A stretch of DNA of 64,000 nucleotides from Candidatus Bathyarchaeota archaeon B24 (GCA_001593865.1 LUCB01000003.1:30781-94780), one strand, 5' to 3'; numbered from the stretch's first letter, positions 25,501-34,259 are shown. Notes: generated from the sequence alone by a model not told the origin. Numbers and translations: made by a program.

Positions 25501-26191
25501 CGCTAAGTTCATCGACGCTATGGACCTACACAAATTCATATACGACCTCGAGAAGATTTCGCTCGGATATCCCTCGTGGAGGGAGAAGAATATACGGCTT
25601 GAGATAACTAGGGTTAAACCTGTTACCCGAGTTAGGACTGTGGACGATGTTCTACGGGATGTCAGAGTAGTTCGTGAACAGCTCCGTGTCGTCGATAGTA
25701 AGCTTAAGACGCTTGAAAAACTTAAAGCTACGACTCCGTCGGAGCTGCTGACTGAGTATGAGAAGAAATACCTAGCCCAAGCGGAGAGGCTTAACCGTAT
25801 CATACGACGTCTTGGTCTGGAACTCGAACCATTCTACGAAGAGCTTAACAAGGAGGCTCAGAAGCTGAACACCGAGATAGAGCGGTTGAACATCGCTTAT
25901 AAGCTTGGAGAGATACCTGAGGAGGAATATAGGTCTTCTGTGGAGCCTCTGAAGAATAGGCTTAGCGAGGTTCAGAAGAAGCTTAGCGATATAAAGTTTG
26001 TGATGACCCAGCTTAAGATGCCGAGAGCGAGGCTTACGAGGATAAGCTTGCCGGCGCGGAGGCTTACGCGGCGGAGGAGGGTCGAGGAAACTCCAGGTCT
26101 CATGTACTGTCCATACTGTGGAAGCACGAACCTGATAAAGACCCCAAGCGGCTCGATAATATGCGGAAGATGTCGTAGAAGACTACGTTAA
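22583..26191 (+). CDS. Giant (1202 aa) membrane fusion protein. Domain order: signal peptide, glycosylated ectodomain, helical stalk, 4 TM helices, MacB/FtsX-type permease, cytoplasmic domain, long coiled coil, C-terminal zinc ribbon
   Basis: Signal peptide is FKIFLAVLAVMLLFPVSTSTVAQE. MacB TM1 is IRDLKRHLSRSLLTIFAFSLIIASTLAVF. The FtsX domain is VLVMNSVIYERRREIWTLAVLGGNPRNITNMFLTEALITGILSTTIGYLCY. Heptad-rich residues ~1010-1150 form the coiled coil. The terminal sequence is YCPYCGSTNLIKTPSGSIICGRCRRRL (CxxC...CxxC). TTG start with uncertain position. Confidence 0.8.
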   Translation: MELRTGSFKIFLAVLAVMLLFPVSTSTVAQEASKDVKCTLVMYIMNFMTSSPEPRINVSAILTNVTLSGVTDEFGCVKSSFNASKDLVNNLMLNELSLYGNFTVIRIQDYLMEDLQYDSFYSESTVTYTGLAIRPRVVESRRETLLYYYVYVLKSRVVNVSDLDVSTMQILPSGDLRIRWRRKLILDARPAVPIDRGASRYESLYLFPLNYTVNVKVMVYRYGFLVDEYSVKTLVSGNRTYVNIMGPILDIKINETLKPFEEEIATLKFLGLSMIDEERLLIRINNQKDSILRLIENRSYDPAFAQLRFLAKKVAELGSRLSNLGASLTWSSILVMAFIYAFSSLLPTLMTDDAKRKLIMKFAIYFSLLLIFLYSHNEFKIAVSMISSNILLTDIKYLDDFTVLLMGVGVGSLGVLIPTLISLYSPPVVSLSLDLSIRDLKRHLSRSLLTIFAFSLIIASTLAVFKISYSHMLSETETIARFKRDIICLQSTTNNIIVKDNLIFLKSMPWINSSYLFKSLYGDISLDSLSGFAAIRLISRDYGMLEQRFDILGVDPEFLDEYFNFSTTITKGGYLSGSERAILVPASLEYYLRPLDRVRMRFVIVSSVGQQLTDVAEYDFGEFIVKGFFDPDSVDRITLPDGSPLIDVSYKTVIVPGDLLPDSIDARHLTITIPRLRNIVSFSGPTYIDILKVQYAFLLPDPSSGVDVYEKARELMDLTGFRTFGFSNGVCKTYEELYVLNVVGFSSIVPPLVIVTLIIVLVMNSVIYERRREIWTLAVLGGNPRNITNMFLTEALITGILSTTIGYLCYTTVYLLSGVLIPIIQSLNPELVKLFVEMKSASGFDLSSILVVLFIGLAVPVIGSYIPCIKAHGLTLLGRPPKRNISEDVRTRGELAEYSLPIRATPFDGEMLYNYLKDNFLTKTFQVKKLSGNAYQDGTFDFKFTLQFRNVLTECNLKGIRRGDTIYPVLTFPAKFIDAMDLHKFIYDLEKISLGYPSWREKNIRLEITRVKPVTRVRTVDDVLRDVRVVREQLRVVDSKLKTLEKLKATTPSELLTEYEKKYLAQAERLNRIIRRLGLELEPFYEELNKEAQKLNTEIERLNIAYKLGEIPEEEYRSSVEPLKNRLSEVQKKLSDIKFVMTQLKMPRARLTRISLPARRLTRRRRVEETPGLMYCPYCGSTNLIKTPSGSIICGRCRRRLR

Positions 26192-26206
26192 AAAGGGAGA
26201 GTGATT

Positions 26207-29200
26207 TCAACTTCTAGGCCCGGTCGTACTGCTCATTAGGGAACGCTTATATCTCTCCCAGTCTTTAAGCGCATCCCTTACTACGCTTACCGTCAGCTCT
26301 ATCGCCCGTTCAGGCATACCTTTGACCTCAGGCTTCGACAAGAGAGTTATGTAGAACCTGTCCGAATCACGTGGTCTCATAGCTCTAAGCTCGTTTATGG
26401 TAGCATACTCCTTATACCTATGTGTAAAGCGTACTCTGACGACCTCAGTACCGTCTACTAGAATCTCTTCTTCGAGCTTGAGGTTTTCGATGCGTTCGAA
26501 AAGACCTGAGACCTCTTTCAACCTATCGGTTATGAACGCCGTGAAGAACGGCTTCTCGCGTCTATGAACCCTGACGGGCATAGATATACTTCTTTCATGG
26601 TAGACCTTGAAGATCTTTTCCTCTCTCTTAACCTTCTCAGCCTCAGGGATCTTGATTTTTCTTATGAGCGATGGTGTAGCCATGACCGCTGCTCTGACCG
26701 CAGGTACAACCGCGGATAATATCGAAACGGATATCGAAACCAGCAGTCCTATAACACCCCAGTACCATTCAAGCTTCTCCCTGACACCTATCTGCCCCGC
26801 AGGTCCCAGCAGGCTCATAAGCCTGTAGGCGCCTAAACCAGCGTAGTAGCCTATACCGCCCCCTATCAGACCCATGACCATCGACTCAGCCAGGAAGACG
26901 CTGGCTATGTGCGCCGGGTTAAGCCCTAACGCCGCTAAGAGAAACATCTCGTTTCTACGCTCGTAGACTAGGTTAATCATCACCATGAACACGTTCAGGA
27001 ATACTAGCGTAGCAGGTACCAGAAGCTCCTTGAACCCCTTAATCTCCCATTTTTCACCCGTGTAGACTTTCGTGACCTCACCGTTGAAGAAGACCCAAGC
27101 GTAGTATTCTCTCAGAGCCATCTTGTTGGCGAAGTTCTTCAACGTATTTTCATCGCTCATAGGAATGAAGACCGCGGATATACCTACCTTTTCCGAGAGC
27201 CCGGTTGTCCCTCCCTCTGAGGATGGGAGCGCTATTATGGTCCAAGCGTTGAAAACTGCGAACTCCGTAGCGTTGACGGGCTGAAGCTTTCCTTCGCTGG
27301 TGAGCTTATAGGGTGCTATGGGCTTACCGTTAAAATCGTTAACTCCTAGGATCGCTGGGTTTACGTAGCCTACTAACGTAAAGTTCCATGTCTGCGTTTC
27401 CACGCCTCCCATTAACCTAGACACTTGAATCTTATCTCCGGGTTTTACCCCGAGTCTCCTAGCTAAGCTTTCGGTTATCGCGATACTCATATTTTCCTCA
27501 AAGAGCTCCTTCGGCAGGTAGTTGGCTATTCCTAAGACCTCGGCTCCCTCAGCGGTCAAGCCGACTACGCCTAAGAGGTCTACGTTACGCCCGCTTAAAG
27601 CTCTTAAACGTACCACGGAGGAGTTTGAGGGAACGTTCTCCACCCTGATCATAAATTTTTCGGCTCCATAGGCCTTTAATGCCTCCAGCTCCCCTGATGC
27701 AAAAAACTGCTGTACGCTTGAGACCTTCGTCGCGTTTAGAGGAGCTTTCTCTAGAAGACACCCGTTCACGTCGATGTTTGTGGACGACGGTCCTTCGACC
27801 ACTATACCCTGAACCCTAGAGAACGATGTAAACGCCGTCAGCACCATTACAAGCATCGCTAGGGATAGGATGCAGAAGCTAGACCTGAGCTTTCTACGTT
27901 TAACGTTACGCTTGCCTATGGAGAATATGACGGTGATTATGCTCTTAAGCGACGCCCTCCCCTCTATCTCCGGTGGCCTATAGATCCGCGGGAAGACGAA
28001 ATATAGCGCAACAGTTAAGGCTATGGACGCTATGATCACGGCGATAAAGAACAGGTTCCCTCGAACGGTTACAGTCTTAAAGCCGAATACCTTTCCGAAG
28101 CCGAATAGGTCGAACACTATCTTACACTGGGGATTCATGATTATCCTAAAGCCTGGGTAGATGTAGTACAATGAAACTATGATCAGCGGGTACACCACCA
28201 ACGTTGTGATCAGCTTCTTCTTAGTGTCCTCGAATAGGAAGCTACCTATAGCTATCGAGAAGACGGCGAAGAACGGTGGATAGAACGTCGCATGAGACTG
28301 GGCTAGAGCCCTCATAATGCCTAGACGGTTTTCAAGAAGCCTCAGGCTATAGTATGCCTCTTCGAGATACTGAAACCTAACCGCTTCGAGCTCGCGCTCG
28401 CTCGGGCTTGGGTTCAACGGCGGTAGTAGGTTTTTAGCCGTCTCGACGTTTTGCACAACTCCACGCTGAAGATCCTCTCTCTCAGCTCCGACGTAGAACC
28501 CCTCCTGCTCGGCCAGAGCTAGCTTCTCCTCGAGGTCTCTGGTTAAAGTCTCGAGTGTGTCGGCGCTCACCTTATACATCTCGCTTCGAATGTCTACGAG
28601 TATCCTCTCCCCCTTACGTAGCTTTATCGGTTTACCTTGGAAGCCTATAAGCATGGAAAGGATGTCTTTTCTCTTAGTACGTTCGTTAAGAAACTGCATC
28701 TTCGCTACTAGATAGATAGATGTATCGGCTGGTACTATGACCACGTTTTTCACGAATAAATCTCTCGAAGATAGATACTGGATATCCGCCCCCACTATCC
28801 CTAGCCTCTTTTTAACGCTGTGGACCGGAGGCTCACCGTATATTACGACGGTCCCGTTAGGGAGTGTAGGGGTTTTAAAGGTCGAGGAGTCCACAGGAGT
28901 GATTATGTACCATGAGGGAGCGGATTTGCTTAGTATATACCACATCTCGGCTTTTCTCTTCGGATAGATCTCTATCACAGCCCCTGGTACAAGGTTGAAG
29001 CTCAGTTCCATCGAGCTTTTAATCCCACCTTTTGAAACGTCTTCAGGATACAACGCCGGTACATAGTCGATCAACCCCGTGGACGAATTCGTATGGAGCA
29101 CATAGATCAGATACTCGCATCTCAGGCCATACAAGTCATACATCGGTAAGGCGATTTCATAAAAGCCCTCGCTATCGGTGTATGTGATAAAGTACCTCTG

Positions 29201-29383
29201 CTCAAAGCTTCCACGCCAGGGTATCGCTATTATCGTGGCGTTGAAGATAGGCTCAGACGTATAGTAGTCGACGACCTTACCATAGATCCTCAAGCTCTCC
29301 TCGTATGACTGAGCCATAGCGCTAAAAGCTATTAAGGACAGCATCGCTAGAGCGATGGGAAGCAGGATCCGCCGTCTCCGCAT
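26207..29383 (-). CDS. Giant (1058 aa) membrane fusion protein. Domain order: signal peptide, carboxypeptidase-regulatory-like beta-sandwich and ectodomain, helical stalk, 3 TM helices, MacB/FtsX-type permease, ~160-aa cytoplasmic C-terminal domain
   Basis: Signal peptide is RRRRILLPIALAMLSLIAFSAMAQS. LRIYGKVVDYYTSEPIFNATIIAI...TDSEGFYEIALP has the CarboxypepD_reg pattern. MacB TM1 is KRNVKRRKLRSSFCILSLAMLVMVLTAFTSF. A MacB periplasmic-domain-like stretch reads ITESLARRLGVKPGDKIQV...FTLVGYV. The FtsX domain is NVFMVMINLVYERRNEMFLLAALGLNPAHIASVFLAESMVMGLIGGGIGYYAG. Confidence 0.8.
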   Translation of the reverse strand: MRRRRILLPIALAMLSLIAFSAMAQSYEESLRIYGKVVDYYTSEPIFNATIIAIPWRGSFEQRYFITYTDSEGFYEIALPMYDLYGLRCEYLIYVLHTNSSTGLIDYVPALYPEDVSKGGIKSSMELSFNLVPGAVIEIYPKRKAEMWYILSKSAPSWYIITPVDSSTFKTPTLPNGTVVIYGEPPVHSVKKRLGIVGADIQYLSSRDLFVKNVVIVPADTSIYLVAKMQFLNERTKRKDILSMLIGFQGKPIKLRKGERILVDIRSEMYKVSADTLETLTRDLEEKLALAEQEGFYVGAEREDLQRGVVQNVETAKNLLPPLNPSPSERELEAVRFQYLEEAYYSLRLLENRLGIMRALAQSHATFYPPFFAVFSIAIGSFLFEDTKKKLITTLVVYPLIIVSLYYIYPGFRIIMNPQCKIVFDLFGFGKVFGFKTVTVRGNLFFIAVIIASIALTVALYFVFPRIYRPPEIEGRASLKSIITVIFSIGKRNVKRRKLRSSFCILSLAMLVMVLTAFTSFSRVQGIVVEGPSSTNIDVNGCLLEKAPLNATKVSSVQQFFASGELEALKAYGAEKFMIRVENVPSNSSVVRLRALSGRNVDLLGVVGLTAEGAEVLGIANYLPKELFEENMSIAITESLARRLGVKPGDKIQVSRLMGGVETQTWNFTLVGYVNPAILGVNDFNGKPIAPYKLTSEGKLQPVNATEFAVFNAWTIIALPSSEGGTTGLSEKVGISAVFIPMSDENTLKNFANKMALREYYAWVFFNGEVTKVYTGEKWEIKGFKELLVPATLVFLNVFMVMINLVYERRNEMFLLAALGLNPAHIASVFLAESMVMGLIGGGIGYYAGLGAYRLMSLLGPAGQIGVREKLEWYWGVIGLLVSISVSILSAVVPAVRAAVMATPSLIRKIKIPEAEKVKREEKIFKVYHERSISMPVRVHRREKPFFTAFITDRLKEVSGLFERIENLKLEEEILVDGTEVVRVRFTHRYKEYATINELRAMRPRDSDRFYITLLSKPEVKGMPERAIELTVSVVRDALKDWERYKRSLMSSTTGPRS

Positions 29384-29582
29384 AAATACACACCGAGGCT
29401 AATAAGAAGCTACAACCTTTTTATATTCTTTATCTTCTCCATGGATATTTTACTTTAAATAACGTAGTCATACCCAACCCAGATTCTACCTGGTGAAAAG
29501 AAACGGGTTTTGTGGTTAACCTAAGGGTCGTTTATCCCCGGGAGGCTGGTTTTGGATTGGAAAGTATTATATCGCTAATCCG

Positions 29583-30947
29583 GTGATAACTATCTTTCCG
29601 ATGAACATCATAAAGCATCTCGAATCTACCAGAAGTGAGTACATCGAGAGCTTCAGAAAATTCTTGAGACAGCCAAGCGTCTCAGCTAAAGGTGTTGGAA
29701 TAAGGGAATGTGCTAGGCTTTTAAAAGATATAATGGACGAATGGGGTATCGATGCCGAGGTCCTACCTACCGACGGTAACCCCGTCGTCTACGCGACCGT
29801 AGAATCAAAAAAATCTGAGAAAACCCTACTTGTTTACAGCCACTACGACGTACAACCTCCGGAGCCGCTTGAGGAGTGGATCAGCCAACCGTTCGAAGCG
29901 AAAACGGTTGAGGGTAAGATAATTGCTAGGGGGGCTGCGGATGCTAAAGGCAATATACTCGCGTTCCTCAAAGCCGTCGAATCCTATCTTAAGACCGAGG
30001 GCGAGCCTCCTGTAAACGTTAAGTTTCTGTTCGAAGGTGAGGAGGAGATCGGAAGCCCCCACCTCCCGTCCTTCGTAGAATCTCATAGGGATATGTTAAG
30101 CGCTGACGGAGTTGTATGCTGGGATGGTGGTCTTCACCCCTCCGGTAGACCATCGATAAGCTTAGGGGTTAAGGGAATGCTGTATGTAGAACTCAGGTGC
30201 CGTGGCGCTAGGACCGACCTCCACTCTTCCCAAGCACCTATAATCGTGAACCCAGCCTGGAGGGTCGTATGGGCTTTGAACACGATAAAACCTCCTGGCG
30301 GTAGAATAGCGGTTAAGGGATGGTACGACGACGTCCGCTCCCCGACGGAGGAGGAGCTTAAACTACTATCCGAGATACCGTTCGAAGAGGAGATCTTGAA
30401 GAAGGAGTTGGGTGTCGAAGAGTTTCTAGACGGTGTAAAGGGCTTGGAGGCTTTGAAGAGGCTCGTCTACGAACCCACGGCAAACATAGCCGGTATAAGC
30501 TCAGGCTACACGGGTGTGGGTAGCAAGACCGTTCTACCCTGCGAAGCCATGGCCAAGATAGACTTCAGACTGGTAGTAGACCAAGACCCGTATAGGCTTC
30601 TAAAACTTCTCAGGAAACACCTAGATGAAAGAGGGTTCAAAGATGTCGAGATAGTCGAACTCGGTACTCTCTTACCGTCTCGGACACCGCCCTCAGCTCC
30701 CATAGCGCAGGCAACTATGAAGGCCTCTGAGAAGGTATATGGTGCGAAACCTGTCGTATACCCGAACTCGGCGGGTTCAGGTCCGGATTTCGTCTTCACA
30801 AAGATACTCGGCCTACATTCTGTATGGACGGGTTGCTCGCCTCCGTTGGCTAAGGCGCATGCACCTAACGAGTTTAACACGGTCGAACACATGGTCAAAG
30901 GTGTCTTATACGCGGCTGAGATCATGGAAAACTTCAGGGGCCTTTGA
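29583..30947 (+). CDS. M20 family metallopeptidase (dipeptidase / ArgE-DapE-CPG2-like)
   Basis: Motifs VYSHYDVQPPEPLEEWISQPFE and ARGAADAKGNILAF, with a typical M20 dimerisation-domain insert. The ATG at 29604 (MNIIKHLES..) with a TATA-like tattatat ~30 nt upstream may be the real start. Confidence 0.85.
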   Translation: MITIFPMNIIKHLESTRSEYIESFRKFLRQPSVSAKGVGIRECARLLKDIMDEWGIDAEVLPTDGNPVVYATVESKKSEKTLLVYSHYDVQPPEPLEEWISQPFEAKTVEGKIIARGAADAKGNILAFLKAVESYLKTEGEPPVNVKFLFEGEEEIGSPHLPSFVESHRDMLSADGVVCWDGGLHPSGRPSISLGVKGMLYVELRCRGARTDLHSSQAPIIVNPAWRVVWALNTIKPPGGRIAVKGWYDDVRSPTEEELKLLSEIPFEEEILKKELGVEEFLDGVKGLEALKRLVYEPTANIAGISSGYTGVGSKTVLPCEAMAKIDFRLVVDQDPYRLLKLLRKHLDERGFKDVEIVELGTLLPSRTPPSAPIAQATMKASEKVYGAKPVVYPNSAGSGPDFVFTKILGLHSVWTGCSPPLAKAHAPNEFNTVEHMVKGVLYAAEIMENFRGL

Positions 30948-30959
30948 GGTTAACCGGGG

Positions 30960-32480
30960 TTGAAGCCTCCTAGGGTAAGGCTTAGGTACGTGGGTCTATT
31001 AAGCCTAGTCGCAAGTATAGCTGCCGTAGGCTGTGGAGCATTGTTTAGCCTCATAGTGAGTAGGAGGCTTCAACCTTGGGAGCTAGGGGAGTGGCGGTAC
31101 ATAAGCTCGATTTTTACCTACTTTCTGATCCCACTTAACGTGTTGAACTTCTGGACCGTGAGATATGTATCTAGGGGCTTCCAAGTCTACTCCACAGTGG
31201 CCCTAACAGGTTTACTTGCGGGCGTGTTTGCCTCCCTATCCTTTCACATGCTCTCACCTTTACTAGTCGACCGGCTGGAGTATATGGTGATAGTCGTAGC
31301 CTCCCTTCAGCTGTTCACGATGTTCATGGCAGGTAGTATAAATTCCCTAGCCCTAGGGTTCAAGCCTCAAGTTGCCCAGTATGGCGCTATGTCCTTCGAG
31401 ATAATTAAGACTGCGGTAGCCTACCTTCTAGTCCTCCTCCTTAGAATGAGACTCGTAGGAGCTTTCATCTCGGTAACGTTTGCGTTTGTCGCGAAGGCTT
31501 TGATAGAGTTTTTAATGATCAGAGATGCTGAGTGGAAGAGTTTCAACCCTGGTTTTCTGAAAGATGTCGTAAGGCTTTCATGGCTGCCACTGTATTCGAC
31601 CTTTGTCTCAAGCCTCGCCTCTTTAGATGTTATTATCGTAACGGCTCTTCTCGGAGAAACCGTGTCCATCGGCTTCTGGACGGCCGCGTTCACGATCGGA
31701 AATCTCCCATCGATCGCCTGGTCGCTGTCGGCGGGTTTATACCCGCGTCTTCTCAGAGAAGTTAGGGTTAAAGACGTAGAGCTCTCTACGAGGCTCGTAT
31801 ATATGCTGTCAACCCCTATAATGCTGGGCGTAATACTGATCGCCGAGCCTCTGCTCAACATCCTTAGACCCGAATACACAGCCGTCTGGCCCGCCGCCTC
31901 CATCCTAGCCGTTAACAGCTACATCTTAGGAATATCGCTTATATCGTCGACAAGTCTCATGGGCTCTGAGGATGTAGAGCTTAAGAATAAGGCGTTTAAA
32001 TCATATCTTAAAAGCGTACTATTCAAGCTGCCGAGCCTCAAGTTGGTGAAGTTTACGGTTTACTTAGCTATGTTGGTAACGTTTTTTTCCGTGTTTAAAC
32101 CCGACACCGTTAGCGCCACGGTAACTCTATGGGCTGCCATAAGGCTCCTAGCGAATCTTCCGTTCAGCCTGTACGTCGCCTATTGGTCTGCTAAGCGTCT
32201 GAAATGGAGTCCACCGTTTAAGCAGATGGGTAAGTACCTCGTCCTATCGCTTTTCATGGTACCGCCGGTGCTTCTCACCAAACCCCATTCCCTGAGCATC
32301 CAAGCGGTTAATGCTTTTCTAGAACTCGCCCCCTCCATACTCCTAGGTGCATCTGTGTACCTAGGTCTTCTCTACGTTTTCGATAGGGAATTCCGTAGCC
32401 TAGTCTGGGGGCTCTTAAGGTTTCTGAGAACTTATTACTTGGTCTATACGCCGCGGGATGACAGAAAACCTTATGATTAA
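30960..32480 (+). CDS. Multi-pass membrane protein, MOP/Wzx-type polysaccharide (oligosaccharide) flippase-like
   Basis: 506 aa with ~12-14 TM. The N-terminal pattern LFSLIVSRRLQPWELGEWRYISSIFTYF resembles polysaccharide biosynthesis protein families. TTG start. Confidence 0.5.
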   Translation: MKPPRVRLRYVGLLSLVASIAAVGCGALFSLIVSRRLQPWELGEWRYISSIFTYFLIPLNVLNFWTVRYVSRGFQVYSTVALTGLLAGVFASLSFHMLSPLLVDRLEYMVIVVASLQLFTMFMAGSINSLALGFKPQVAQYGAMSFEIIKTAVAYLLVLLLRMRLVGAFISVTFAFVAKALIEFLMIRDAEWKSFNPGFLKDVVRLSWLPLYSTFVSSLASLDVIIVTALLGETVSIGFWTAAFTIGNLPSIAWSLSAGLYPRLLREVRVKDVELSTRLVYMLSTPIMLGVILIAEPLLNILRPEYTAVWPAASILAVNSYILGISLISSTSLMGSEDVELKNKAFKSYLKSVLFKLPSLKLVKFTVYLAMLVTFFSVFKPDTVSATVTLWAAIRLLANLPFSLYVAYWSAKRLKWSPPFKQMGKYLVLSLFMVPPVLLTKPHSLSIQAVNAFLELAPSILLGASVYLGLLYVFDREFRSLVWGLLRFLRTYYLVYTPRDDRKPYD

Positions 32481-32502
32481 GACGGTCGGTTAATCTCCAC
32501 CA

Positions 32503-33771
32503 ATGTCGGGCATGAATTTGGTTGAAAAAATCTTATGTAGAGTTTCTGGAAAGGGTAGGGTAGAGCCTGGTGAGTTCATAAGGGCTAAGGTCGATAAGGT
32601 GATGTTTCACGACCTCACGGGGCCTCTGACGGTTAAAGCGTTCAAGGAGATCGGTGTCTCTAAAGTATGGGATCCAGATAGGGTGGTCGTGGTCTTCGAC
32701 CATCTGGTTCCCGCAAATACCGAGAGAGCATCTTTGAACCAAAAGTTCATAAGAGAGTTTGTTAGAGAGCAGGGGATCAAGGCGTTCTACGACATCGGTA
32801 GAGGAGGTATATGTCATCAAGTTATGGTCGAAAAGGGTCATGCTCAACCCGGCGAGCTGATAGTAGGCGCTGACTCGCATACCTGCACCTATGGGGCTGT
32901 AGGAGCGTTCTCGACGGGTATGGGTGCCACCGACGTGGCGGCCATACTAGCTACTGGTGAGACGTGGTTGAGGGTTCCTGAAGTCGTCTGCATGAACGTC
33001 GAAGGTACGTTGGATGAGATGGTTACGCCTAAAGACGTGATCCTCAGCATCATAGGTTCTGTCACCGTCTCAGGCGCCGTCTATAAAGCCGTGGTCTTCA
33101 GGGGTTCGACCGTGGAATCCATGAGCGTCGCCGGGCGTATGACTATGTGCAACATGGCCGTAGAGATGGGGGCTAAAACCGGGATGGTCGAGCCTGACGA
33201 GGTGACCAGACGTTTCTTTGAGTCTAGAGGCTTACCCTACAAGCCCGGCTTTCGGAGCGACCCAGACGCGTCTTTCGAGGAGACGTATGACTTCGACTTT
33301 TCCAACTTAGAGCCTCAGGTGGCTTGTCCAAGCTCGGTAGACAACGTTAAACCCGTATCAGAGGTAGAAGGTGTCCCCGTGGACCAGGCATATATAGGCT
33401 CCTGCACCAACGGCCGGTTAGAAGATTTGAGGGTTGCGGCTAGGATCGTCAAGGGTAGGAGGGTTAAACCCGGGGTGAGGGCTTTAGTGGTTCCCGCCTC
33501 CCAGGAGGTTTATCGGGCTGCTTTAAGGGAGGGCTTAATAGATATATTTATCGAGGCAGGTGTCTTGGTTTGTAACCCGACTTGCGGAGCGTGTATCGGT
33601 GCTCATATGGGTGTCCTAGCCGAGGGAGAGACGTGTATTGCTTCGATAAACAGGAACTTTGTAGGACGTATGGGAAGCACCAAGGCCAAGGTTTATCTAG
33701 CGTCCCCTGCTACGGTTATGGCGTCCGCCGTGGAGGGTCGTATAACGGACCCTAGGAGGCTGGCATCTTGA
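32503..33771 (+). CDS. leuC: 3-isopropylmalate (or homoaconitate) dehydratase large subunit
   Basis: Aconitase-family motifs are present: GICHQVM, VGADSHTCTYGA, YIGSCTNGRLEDLRVAA and CNPTCGACIG (Fe-S cysteines). Confidence 0.9.
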   Translation: MSGMNLVEKILCRVSGKGRVEPGEFIRAKVDKVMFHDLTGPLTVKAFKEIGVSKVWDPDRVVVVFDHLVPANTERASLNQKFIREFVREQGIKAFYDIGRGGICHQVMVEKGHAQPGELIVGADSHTCTYGAVGAFSTGMGATDVAAILATGETWLRVPEVVCMNVEGTLDEMVTPKDVILSIIGSVTVSGAVYKAVVFRGSTVESMSVAGRMTMCNMAVEMGAKTGMVEPDEVTRRFFESRGLPYKPGFRSDPDASFEETYDFDFSNLEPQVACPSSVDNVKPVSEVEGVPVDQAYIGSCTNGRLEDLRVAARIVKGRRVKPGVRALVVPASQEVYRAALREGLIDIFIEAGVLVCNPTCGACIGAHMGVLAEGETCIASINRNFVGRMGSTKAKVYLASPATVMASAVEGRITDPRRLAS

Positions 33772-34259
33772 AGGTTAGAGGTTATGCGATCAAATACGGA
33801 GATAACATAGACACCGATGTTATAATCCCCGGTAGGTATCTCGGTATAACCGACCCGAAGGAGCTAGGGAGACATGCGATGGAGGGACTAGACCCTGAGT
33901 TTCCGTCCAAGATCAAGCGGACCGGCATCTTAGTGGCTGGTGTGAACTTCGGATGCGGCTCGAGCAGAGAGGAGGCGCCACTAGCGTTAAAGTATTCTGG
34001 GGTGAAATGCATAATCGCGAAGTCTTTCGCGAGAATATTCTTCCGAAACGCTATAAACGTAGGTCTACCCATAGTGGTCTGCCCAGAGGCCGTGGAAAAA
34101 GTCGAGGAGGGTGACGAGCTGACGATAGACCTGGCTGAGGGGACGATAGTCAACGAGTCTAAAGGTGAAAAATACAGGGTGGTTCCTCTACCGAAGTTCA
34201 TACTCGACATCCTAAGAGACGGCGGGTTGATATCCCATCTCAGGAGGAAGGGTCTTTGA
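33768..34259 (+). CDS. leuD: 3-isopropylmalate (or homoaconitate) dehydratase small subunit
   Basis: 163-aa archaeal-type swivel-domain protein with DNIDTDVIIPGRYL and GVNFGCGSSREEAPLALK. A TTGA overlap couples it to leuC. Confidence 0.9.
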   Translation: MKVRGYAIKYGDNIDTDVIIPGRYLGITDPKELGRHAMEGLDPEFPSKIKRTGILVAGVNFGCGSSREEAPLALKYSGVKCIIAKSFARIFFRNAINVGLPIVVCPEAVEKVEEGDELTIDLAEGTIVNESKGEKYRVVPLPKFILDILRDGGLISHLRRKGL

